The notes below the pieces were generated by a model. That model searched no databases, was not told where the DNA came from, and worked only from the letters and a program-made list of their open reading frames with translations. Shown piece by piece: positions 51,201 to 61,110 of a stretch of DNA of 64,000 nt. Both the position numbers and the translations under genes were made by a program. This DNA comes from Macrostomum hystrix (lineage: Eukaryota > Animalia > Platyhelminthes), in assembly GCA_950097015.1 (NCBI GenBank), contig CATNEN010000005.1, forward strand, positions 124,001-188,000. The letters are read 5' to 3'. Within the stretch, counting starts at the first letter, position 1. Every line of letters starts with the position of its first letter.

Positions 51201-52880
51201 GGGTCGGCAGCGAGAAGCTCACCTACGGCACAATGGTGTTCGTTAGGTCGCTAATTCTTAGCGACGCGTCCAGAGCCATTTCAGAGGCCGCAACCATCGC
51301 TGTGAGATACGCTTGCGTTAGAAGACAGGGCGAACCGTCTGGACCGGGCGCTCCTGAGCCCCGACTATTGGATTATCCTGTGCACCAGTATCGATTATTC
51401 ACCTGTTTAGCCACCTGCTATGGTTTCTGGTTCGCTAGCGAAGTGCTTCGTGATTTGTACTTTACTGTCCAACCGGAAGTTCTTGAGGGTGTGTGGCTGC
51501 CTTAATTGAAGCTTTTTTGCTGTCCGTGTTATCATCTCGCCTGTAAATGTTATATCTTTATTCGAATCACCTTATTAGCATCTGAACCATCACCTCAGGA
51601 TCCTTCAGGGCATCTCAACCATCACCTCAGGATCCTTCAGGGCATCTGAACTATCACCTCAAGATCCTTCAGGGCTTGAGAACTATCACCTCAGGATCCT
51701 TCAGGGAATATAAAACATCACTTTAGGATCCTTCAGGGAATGTAAAACATCGCCTCAGGATCCTTCAGGTCATCTAAACCATCACCTCAGGATCCTCCAT
51801 GGGTGACCAATAAATTGCCATCTATTCGCATAACGAATTGCCTTACAGGCCGTACGGAGCGCCTACCTGAGACGCACGCCCTGTCCGCCGGTCTCAAAGC
51901 TGTCGGCAGTTCTCGCGGCGCCGCCTGCGTCGAAGAGTGTCGCCGCTGCTGCGGCGGCTTCGGCTTCAGCGAGGCCAGCGGCTTGCCGAAGATCTACAAC
52001 GACATCAATCCGGCCTGCACCTACGAGGGAGAGAACACTGTCATGCTGCTGCAGACTGGCCGGCACCTGCTGAAATGCGTCGAGCGCGCCCGCAGAGGCG
52101 AGAAACTCGCCCCTAGCGACGAATACATTCGGCCCAGGCTGCCGTCAGCGCCGCCACGACTGTCTGGCGGTCCGCTGACTGCCGAACTATTGCTGAACTG
52201 GCTGCGTTGGCGCTCGCTAAGCATTCTGCTGGAGGTCAGCGCAAGGTTTTCGTCACTGATCGAGCAGCGACACGCCTGGACTGACGCTTTTCAAGCGGTG
52301 TCGCGTCGGCTAACCAAGTGATTGACGCTTGCCTTGTTATAATTTGCTTCGTTTTTGTATATTTTCTGTCCGTTTTCTCAGCAATTAGCTAAAACAGTAG
52401 AGAGACCAAAGGGGGTATTTCAAATACTTTCTTTTGTTTTTCAATTGTTGCTTTCATCTTTCCAGATGCGCCGAGGCGCACTGCGTGTTGTACATCGGCC
52501 AGGCCTTCTTAGATTCCGCTCAGGCCGCCGAGAATCCCAAACTGCGAGCTGTCCTCAACTCCCTGTGCCGCCTATTTCTGCTCAACGAAGTGGTCTCAGG
52601 CGCTGGCGATGTGCAGCTCAACCGGGCCGACCTTGGTCGATGCCAGGACGCGATCGACTCGCTGCTGACTGAACTGCGACCAAATGCAGCAGCTCTAGTT
52701 GACGCATTCGATCTGCCGGATCGGATCCTGGGCTCCGTCATTGGTCGCTACGATGGTCAAATCTACGAAGCCATGCTGCAGTGGGCTAAGCAGTCGCCTT
52801 TGAATGCCTCGGATGTGCACGAATCGTTTGAGTTGTACACGCGACAGTTTCTGGCTGGCAAGAGCTTAGCGAAGCTGTGA
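48298..52880 (+). CDS. ACOX1: Peroxisomal acyl-CoA oxidase 1, 6 exons, ~674 aa
   Basis: Exons 48298-48454, 48548-48710, 50317-50585, 50937-51488, 51849-52317, 52466-52880; phase-consistent. Motifs [28 protein letters not shown]...DNGFL, CGGFG, catalytic TYEGENTV, and PTS1 -AKL at the C-terminus. AATAAA at 52994. Confidence 0.96.
48745..49170. repeat. 22-bp minisatellite (TTTTAGGTCTAGTTTATCAATC)n in ACOX1 intron 2
   Basis: About 19 units starting ~35 bp after the donor site. Confidence 0.95.
49195..49295. repeat. 21-bp tandem repeat (CTTCAGGTTGCTTCATGAATT) x~4.5
   Basis: Perfect copies, directly upstream of a SINE fragment at ~49310-49345. Confidence 0.9.
50669..50780. repeat. 10-bp repeat (GTGTGCTCAT)n joined to SINE-derived CTCAGGAGTCAGC
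   Basis: About 9 perfect units in ACOX1 intron 3. Confidence 0.9.
51585..51795. repeat. 32-bp minisatellite (CATCTGAACCATCACCTCAGGATCCTTCAGGG) in ACOX1 intron 4
   Basis: About 6.5 degenerate units. Confidence 0.9.
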
Positions 52881-53499
52881 TTCTGTTCTGACTAACACGA
52901 ATCAACTTTTAAACTACAACAATGTTTTTTAATTAATTAGCTGCCAAGTAGAAACTATAAAAATGGTAACTGATTCTTACACAACCCTTCTCCAATAAAA
53001 GGTTGAATTGATCATTTTTACTCTATTGTTGTCTGAGTCTAATTGTCTTTGCTCTTATTGGACTAATTTTCAATTTAATTAACTTAATAATTTTCTATTC
53101 ATAATTGGCTCGTGTGTCTTTCAATTGGCCGATCTTTAATGATAAATTTGAGTAGTGACATTTCTCTCTGTATGTTAGGTTTCGAGTTTCTAAATTTTAG
53201 TGTTTTTCGATTTGAAAATCATTAGTATAATAATTTGAAGATGCAGTGATTAAATATGTGTAATTATTCAGTTATTTACTCTTGTTGGTTTTTTATTAAA
53301 AAAGTGATTACAGAGATACTTGATAATGTTGCTACAACTCGTATTTGGTGCCGATTGAATCAAGTTGTGCAAGTTTTTCTTCGTCTAAATTTTATCATTT
53401 AAAAAGTATCCTACGCTTGACGCAAAGTTTTATTATTTGAAAATAAATTCTACTTTATTTAAACTGCAATAGAAACTCATTTCAGATAGAATCAACCAT

Positions 53500-54928
53500 A
53501 TGCATTCATCTGCACCTCTCGGAGCGAAGTTAGACAGCTTCGTTGTGCCTGGCTCCGGGGCCGTTGTTGGTCGCTCCAGTGGATCCAGTGTTAACAGAGT
53601 TGAACGAGTTCAGCTGTGGGGCTTAGCAAAAGAGAAATTTGGCGAATATGTTGTTAGAAAGATTGTCGGCAATCAGAATGAGATCAATCGCAATCGCATC
53701 CAGGTGTACAATGAGCGAGCCAAAAATGAGTTCACGATTCTCATTCAGAATCGGCACGATAACATTGTCGAAGTTATTGATGACAGCTTGGAAATGTGTG
53801 AGCCGGGTGCTCCGTTAGGCGAGCAGTACTTGCCGCGATTCTACATGAAGCTGGCCGATTTTAGTCTGCGCTTCGCACTCAGTCGATGGGACATCTTTCC
53901 AACTGTTCAGTCTTACACAATTGACCATATCACTTCGTGGCTTCTTCAGGCAGCTACTGGCCTGGCCTTTCTGCACTCGAGGGAAATTGTACATCGTGAC
54001 GTAAAGGCATTGAACATGCTGCTATTTTGCGAGGGAACGCTGTTAAAACTGTGCGACCTCGAGGTTGGTCGTAAATGCCAGTGAACATGACTGCCGAACA
54101 GGGAACAGATCTCTGGAAGGCACCTGAAGTGCGACTAATTGTTGGCGTGGATGCGCAGGAGAAAAAGTTGGCGGCCTATGGCAAGCCGGCTGACTGTTAC
54201 TCGCTCGCTAGAGTGATGCTGGAGCTATTGTTTCGCAACCTGCCGCCGCCGGAGGACACAGAGATTTTATGGAACGAAAGCATCTCGGCAGCCAGCTGGC
54301 CCGGCGAGGCGATCTGCGGAGTCTGCGGAGTTTACAGGCTGAAACGAGTGCTCTGGGTCCTAGCAATAGGCCAACAGCTCAGATCCTAGTCGATCGCTTA
54401 GCCAACCTCGGTGGTAGGCACCGGGCGCCCACATTAAATCCTGTCTCTACAGAGGTTTCTGATACAACCACCGATACGGGATCTCAGCTATTTTCCAATG
54501 AACCTGTGACTCAGATTCCGCCAATGCCTATAGAGTTAAACCACTCTGACTTGCAACTAGAACGGCAATTTAAACTGACCTCTAATGGGGCTTCGCTTAC
54601 TGCTGAGCAGTTGAATGGCGCCATCGATTGTCTGAACAGCAATGAGGCTAAGGTCATTGAAATGATCGGGGCTGGCATTAGTCGAGAGTTGACTAGCAGC
54701 ACTATTGCTGTTAGATTTTGTTCAGTTAACAGCGCTGACAACAGCTCTAGCAGAATCCAACTGCAGCTCAAGTTATTCGGAGGAGCTAATCAACTCGTAA
54801 CCGATGAGCGACTTGGACTATTCTTGGCTGACAATATTTTTGCCACCCTGCTGCTAGATTTGCTGCGCCTTCAGTTGTTCCTGAGCCATCGATTGTTGCC
54901 AAATAAACTAAGGCTTACTCCCTGTTAA
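53500..54928 (+). pseudogene. Intronless TKL/TAK1-like protein kinase interrupted by two 1-nt frameshifts (pseudogene or consensus error)
   Basis: ORF 53500-54084 has VVRK, NE, WLLQAATGLAFLHS, HRDVKALN and GTLLKLCDLE. ORF 54075 continues MT..QGTDLWKAPEV..YGKPADCYSL. ORF 54269 ends the domain with PSNRPTAQILVDRL. Adding one A at AAA 54073-54075 and one T at TTTT 54265-54268 gives a single ~476-aa ORF. Confidence 0.75.
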
Positions 54929-55239
54929 AGCCATGGATACTAGAAACACAAGAGGCAAGTGGCCTATCTACTAGCAGCCTGCTCTACTCGACTAGAATTA
55001 ATTGCCAAATTGTATTTCATATAAAAACTTGTCCTGCAATTTACGCCCTTCAGGGCCACTAAAATGATGCGCCAGTTGCCACAGTTCTTCACATTTTTTG
55101 TGTGTATTTTGCACTAGCTGTCTTGGATAGGAAATCTGCTCGTTTTTTATTTGCAAATAAAAAAATGTCGCCTTTTTCTATATTTAATAAAGACCAATTA
55201 GACTAACGTGTATCATTAATCTGAGAAGTGGTCTTGCTT

Positions 55240-55420
55240 TCTTCTAGAAGAATAGAGACGTACGCTCGTAATTAGATCAATAATTCATGCACTTGGCACA
55301 CCAGTTGGTTGTCTGAAAGTCTCAACACTTGCAGATTAGTTTAGCTCATCAAGATTTTGGGCGCCATTATTGACAATTTCATTGCAAGAGATCTGACGCG
55401 TTAAAGGGAATAAAAAATCG
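55240..55420 (-). pseudogene. Probable decayed paralog of the secreted Cys-rich peptides
   Basis: Minus strand reads SCNEIVNNG... and CKC*DFQTTNWCAKCMNY*, compared with RFCDLTSDWCASCL in 56616-56894. GCACACCAGT is shared at DNA level, and a downstream 38-bp module is shared (55043-55081 vs 56370-56407). Confidence 0.45.
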
Positions 55421-56615
55421 GAAATAAAAATACAAGATTGCGTGCATTAGTCCAAGTAAAACTAACCGCTGAGTACCGTTTAGTTGTCAAGTGTTTCTCT
55501 TCTGGATTTCAAGGACAATTCAAATCGCGAATTGTCAGCTGGCGTTTCTAAAGTTTTTATAAAATAAATTTAAACAGCATCACCTGAAAAATCAAAGATT
55601 GTCACATTTGAGTGACAACTCTATGGTGCAGGCATGCAATATCAAAATATGTTTTTATTAGAAATTTGAACCAGTGTTGAAATGAGTTGCCTTCGCGAAA
55701 CATTTTCTGTCATTTCGTGGGAGGGCCTATAAAATATAAGGGCAGCGAGTTGAAGCCAGATACTTTTCATAAAATGCCAAGCGCTTTTGGGCATTTGTAC
55801 ACATTTATAGCATTAAATTGTATTTATTCTTGTTTGACAATAATTTTGAAAACCGTTTATAGTTATTGTATAGCTGCATTAATTATTTTAATATTGTTAG
55901 CTGAATCAGAAAACAATAATGATGTCTTCTTCAGTCATTTTAAGTTCCGGCTGCACTGTAGTCATGATCTGTACGAGAGTACTGGAGTTTCTGTCACGAA
56001 TTTGTGCTATCAAACTTTTCTGCCTTCAAAAGTTAAAGCCATGCTTGAAATTTCAGTCATCTGAAAATTATAGTTATTTTCCCGTAAATTTAACTGTAGA
56101 AGGACCACTGCATGGGGTATTTCTAATATCCTCATTTTTATTTTTTCTGTCTCTAAAAAGATTCAATCAACCCCAGTGAAAATCCAGAGAGCGGCCTACA
56201 ATGTTCCGCTCAATCTGATGAAACAATTTCCTAAATCACAACAGGGGCATCGTCCACATATTTAATGATTCTTATCGGGGTGACTAATGGCAAAAACCAC
56301 CAAATGATATGTGCATAATTTTTCTGCTCACTATTTTTCATCATGCAACCAGCTCGGCTATTATTATTGACGCCCTTCAGGGCCACAAAATAATGCGCTA
56401 GTTGCCAAGGGGGAATAGCGCGTTCTTTCTTCTGTATAAATGAACAGCTTATCAGAAATTGTTAGTTCGTAGGCTCCGCATAGCCTTGGATTAAATATGC
56501 GCATTTATATTTAGTCGAGCAGCAATTTAAGAACCAATCACCATTTATAATCTTCTGTACTATTATGAGTGTTCCCAAGAAAGTGCCGCTAAACCGAGAT
56601 CGGAAATCTCGAGAA

Positions 56616-56894
56616 TCAGTAGCAGTAGAAGAAGATGTCATAGTCCTGCGGACTAGGAGACTTGCACTTATTGTAGGAGCATCTCAGACAGCTAGCACAC
56701 CAGTCTGATGTTAGATCGCAGAATCGTCTCAACAGCCTGCAGCGGTTGGCACTGGCCGACACAGATTTACACGATTCTGGGCAGCCAGTTTCGTCAATGC
56801 TGTCGCAGGTCGGTGGAGCGGCTGACAGCGAGTCGATCGTAAGGACCAACAGCATAAGCAGCAGAGTGTGCAGACGGCCTGAGGTGAGTTGCAT
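56616..56894 (-). CDS. Secreted cysteine-rich peptide A, 92 aa, 10 Cys, single exon
   Basis: MQLTSGRLHTLLLMLLVLTIDSLSA-APPTC... is a signal-peptide-like N-terminus. Ten Cys in the mature part; the C-terminal C-A-x-C-x4-YN-x-C-x13-C-x-stop pattern is shared with 58152-58448. Confidence 0.75.
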   Translation of the reverse strand: MQLTSGRLHTLLLMLLVLTIDSLSAAPPTCDSIDETGCPESCKSVSASANRCRLLRRFCDLTSDWCASCLRCSYNKCKSPSPQDYDIFFYCY

Positions 56895-58151
56895 AGCTGA
56901 ATTTTTCTGAAACAAAAACGATCAGTTTTTTTAGCTTTCTTCGGTTGTTGATAATTCGTCCCTTAACACCAAACAGCGAAAAGAACTCACAATGCCGACG
57001 CTTTTCAGTCTGACGTCACAGCGATCAACAACTAATTTATCGAGTCTCGGCGCCCAGTTTTGCTAATTGAAATTTTAGTCGGTGAGAAATTTTTTGGAGC
57101 TTAAATATTTTTTTAGTCTTCTTGGGTTTCAGTTGATTTTTTTAAAATAATAATCGCGTACATTGCACGTAGAAAAGTTTTTTATCGGTTCCTGGGATTG
57201 GCGACAGTGCAGCTCGCTAAAGTAGTTCAGCGCACTGTGCAGGCACTGCAATTGATACTCATGTCCTCCCATACAGCTTGAGCCGGGCTTGACCGGAGTC
57301 AATACTATAGAGAGAATATAGAGAAGTGGCAAAAGCAGTGCCTATACACCCTAACCCAACAGTCCCAATGGTGGTGAGGTAACTGCAGCAGCAGCAGCAG
57401 CAACAGCAGCGTATTCACAAGTACCCTCTTGAAGTGCATTGACGCATGGCAGCTCACTTTTCCTATTCTAGTCAATTTTTCAGCCGCGTAGAAGTCAAAA
57501 TTTGTTGAAAAAAAAAGTTTAGAAACTTTTTTTCGGGAAGGCAAAATTATGTAGTCATAAGTTTCCAGATTGGATACAGTACCTAGCTAGCAAAGTCTGG
57601 ATACATTTTTATCGTCCTAATTGCCATAAATCCGGCTCAAATAGGATCTAGTTTCATTTCTACAGTCTGACCTTCGGCCAGAACCGATTAATATCTCGAC
57701 GGTCTGAAGGGCTGGCGACTTGATTCTTGTTTCAGAAGATGCGCAACAAAAAATTGACCCGTGTTCTTGAGTTTGGTGTGCTTGCTCAGTTCGGGTGCAG
57801 CAAAAAAAATTGTCGGGGGGGGGGAATTCCCCCAATACTGTAAAAAGTTACTTTTAAAATATATTTTAAAATTATGTCAATTCTCTGACAAATTTGGTGT
57901 GCCATATACTACTAAAAGTATGTACATCTGGCGATAGGATTCTAATTGTCGTACACTTCACACTCAGATTTAGCAGTTTAGGTTCTTATTTTCTGGTGTA
58001 TTTATTACTTATAACGTTGCTTATAATTAGAAGCCACCGATTTATAAATATCTCGTCAGTTCAAACACCGCTTTTTACTCATTTATTTCAGTGTATTTTA
58101 TCGTCTACCGTCAATTTCAGATTGCATGATGACGCCGGATTCGTCAGTACG

Positions 58152-58448
58152 CTAGGAACAGTTGTCGTACAGTACTTTGTCTGGCGCATTTCCGCTATTG
58201 CAGACATTGTACGCTTTGCTAACACAGTCGGCGCACTCGCTGCCAGATTTTAGGCAGCATCTCTTCCAGTCGCCGCACATGCGGGACAATGTGTCGACGC
58301 CTCTTGAGCAGTCGCTCGGCGAGCCCCAGGTTGATGAAGAGGAGCACGCGTTCGCATTGTAGAGCTCGCGACATGTGGCTGATTCGGACACTTCAGCAGC
58401 CATGGCGACCACGAGCAGCAGAGCCAGTAGTAGGTTATAACTATTCAT
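58152..58448 (-). CDS. Secreted cysteine-rich peptide B, 98 aa, 10 Cys, single exon
   Basis: MNSYNLLLALLLVVAMAAEVSES-ATC... is a signal-peptide-like N-terminus. Ten Cys; CADCVSKAYNVCNSGNAPDKVLYDNCS aligns without gaps to CASCLRCSYNKCKSPSPQDYDIFFYCY of peptide A. Confidence 0.78.
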   Translation of the reverse strand: MNSYNLLLALLLVVAMAAEVSESATCRELYNANACSSSSTWGSPSDCSRGVDTLSRMCGDWKRCCLKSGSECADCVSKAYNVCNSGNAPDKVLYDNCS

Positions 58449-59319
58449 GACGATGGCTATTCTGAAACGAATATTCGCAGCTCGGGGATTTGCTGGTATA
58501 TGCTCGTATATGAACACACGTAGGCGAAACTTACCAGAACAATACCTTTTTTTCACTTCTGCGCGAATCGTTTCAGACAATTTGTGCTGCAATTATATGT
58601 TTCTGGCCTCTATAAATACATATCCCGAACTGATCATGGACTCTAGTTAGAAGGCCCTTGTGGATTTTGCTAACAACAGCTGCGATAGGGCATAGTGCCG
58701 AACAAGGGCCTCTCTAAAAGTGAAAGTAATTTACTGAATGGGCCACTTTTCCTCAAATTTAGCTAATACCTCCATTAGTAGAACAGAGAACTACTGCAAA
58801 GCAAATTATTTTTAATATAAAAAAACAATTTTGTGAAGGACGTTCTTCAAGCATCTTCGTATGAAGATTCGTACGTGATTTATTGCCTTCCAAATACAGA
58901 AAAACAATTATCCAAAATATGAGAAAGGCCAATATCGTATTGCCATCTGTTGTCAAATCTCGATTTCAAGCTAGCTAAAAGCTGACAATGTGTGCACATT
59001 ATTTAGTTTGAGACCATGAAAGACTATTCGCAAGTACGTTGCAGGATTGCCCTTTCAGTTTTCCAAAAAGACTGCTGCACAAAAAGTGTAACTTCTTTGC
59101 TTTTCGTCTCCTTGCGCAACTCGTAAAACATTACGCGTGGGAGGCCTTTTTATTAAACCGCTTTCTTGGAATTGGAATTGCGTTTTTCAAATGTCCAGCA
59201 TTTACGTGTTAAATCAGTTTGTCCATAAGCCACTATTTAATTCAGTGTCTAGCATAAAACGATTCAAAATATTTCCGATTTCAGATGCTATATGTAAAAA
59301 AAGATTTTTACCGCAAGGA

Positions 59320-59470
59320 GAGATTGGGTAGGGAGAGATGGGGTAGGGGCGAGATGGGGTAGAGGCGAGATGAGATAGGGGGGAGATGAGACGGGAAAGA
59401 GATTAGAAAAGACAGATCATACATGAGACAAGGTGAGATGAGACAATTAATGAGAGATGACACAATTATG
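59320..59470. repeat. Degenerate GAGATG(A/G)G-rich minisatellite
   Basis: Related to the AGATGAGACA family at 28230 and 63860. Confidence 0.7.
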
Positions 59471-61110
59471 AGCGATGAGAAATTGGAAGTAAGAAACGGA
59501 GTTCATGAGTATGTTTCGGAGGGAACCGGAAGACGAATTCCAGATAGATTGAGGGCATTAGACTTTTAGTTTATACTGTACAAAGTAAGATTACCTTGTA
59601 TGCTGCATAGTGCTTGAACTCTCTCGCAATTACCTTCAGACTGGAATTCAATGTATAAACGAAAAATATTTTATATTTCAGCTAAAAATGTTTCTATTCA
59701 GACTGCTTCTCGATACAGCCAGTTAAAACTTGAAATTTATGTAAAAAATCGAACATTTGTCACAGCTGTCCACTGCTCAAATAACATTTTGTCTCGCTAT
59801 ACACATGTATTTTGCGTCTCATGCACAATCAGTGTTGGGTTTGCAATACCATGCAATTGAATATAAAGGTACGTTCAGTTTTAACAGATCAAAATTTGGG
59901 AAGACCCTACTGTGAAGTCTTCATTTTGTTATATTTTTCTGTGGAAATATATGTACTTTGTGTCCTTGTACTTGTATTTTGAATTTCTTATTAGACGTAT
60001 TTACACGTGTATTTTTTAAGAAACTTTTGAAAAGTCTAACTTCGATTCGAGCGAAACAAATATTGATTATAATATTATTTCCAGTTTTTTGTCTTTATAT
60101 CGTTTTTAGTGATTTAGCGCAACATGTATTGCAACAGCTAGACATTTGACTGCTGGATACTTGACTGATGGATTTTTGACTAATTGATTTACGACAGATG
60201 GACGCTTCGACAGATGAAATTTTGAGCTATGTAAGACGAGCAAAATATTCGCTTGAAAGTTTCTTAAAATCTGCAATACATCGATAGTCGAATCTGAATT
60301 GCATTAAAAATGACATTCATCCCGAATGCAAACTTTTACGGATTTTTTATTTTCCGTAATTCGAATAATTGTTATAAACTGAATTTAAACAAACAGTTAC
60401 AAGTAAGAGTATAACAGCTTTAGTAAGTGACTTAAAACTGATGCCAAACCAAAGCTAAAAAGTGGAAAAAAACTAAGTACATTTTTCGTAAGTATAAAAT
60501 ATTTTCTTTTAATATTTAATTAATTCTAGTTTTGAAGAAAAAAAACTCCGGATTTAATCATTTTCGTTAATTCGATAATATAACAAAAGCTCAGCACACG
60601 AGAGTAGCGCAATAGTTTGACAGTTTTTCGCGATAACAGAATATAAGAATCAAAATCAGACATTTCAGCACAAAGTCTAATGTTAGAAGCAGCAGTAAAA
60701 GAGAAGCAAATTTTAACTACATTAAAAGCTCAAAAAATGCTGATGACCGAATCAAAACAAATGACTAATCAGTTTTCTGTGTTTTAACTACTACATGCAC
60801 AAGCGTTCAGAAGTGACGAAAATGACTAAACCAAACATTTCGTTAAATAAATACTAGTAGCTAAAGTAATGAAACTTTAAAAATGTATCGTTTATTAATT
60901 ATGTTAACATTGTTAATTAAATTAAACTAAAAAATTACATTTTAAGAATAATGTTATACAAGTATAAGTAATGTTACAAAATATTTATGTTATAATTCTT
61001 AATACTCGTTTGCAAGGATTGTTGAGCATTCGGTTAACTATAGCAGAACAAAGTGCAGAATATTCACATTTTCTGTAGTGACAAATTACTAAATAATATA
61101 AAATTCGCAA

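Noticed and set aside
52880-53500. ACOX1 and kinase as a trans-spliced operon
   Set aside because: A 620-bp gap with its own AATAAA is compatible with either model; no spliced-leader gene or other direct evidence is visible.
57129-57434. Fourth Cys-rich peptide gene (signal-like MHFKRVLVNTLLLLLLLLQL plus scattered CxxC and DKKLFYVQC fragments)
   Set aside because: The fragments lie in three frames with several stops, the Leu run is a CTG microsatellite, and the Cys spacing does not match peptides A and B. A very old pseudogene cannot be excluded.
58759-58956. Hydrophobic 65-aa minus-strand ORF as a secreted or membrane peptide
   Set aside because: It starts at TTG, its hydrophobicity reflects T-rich DNA, and it lacks the family Cys pattern.
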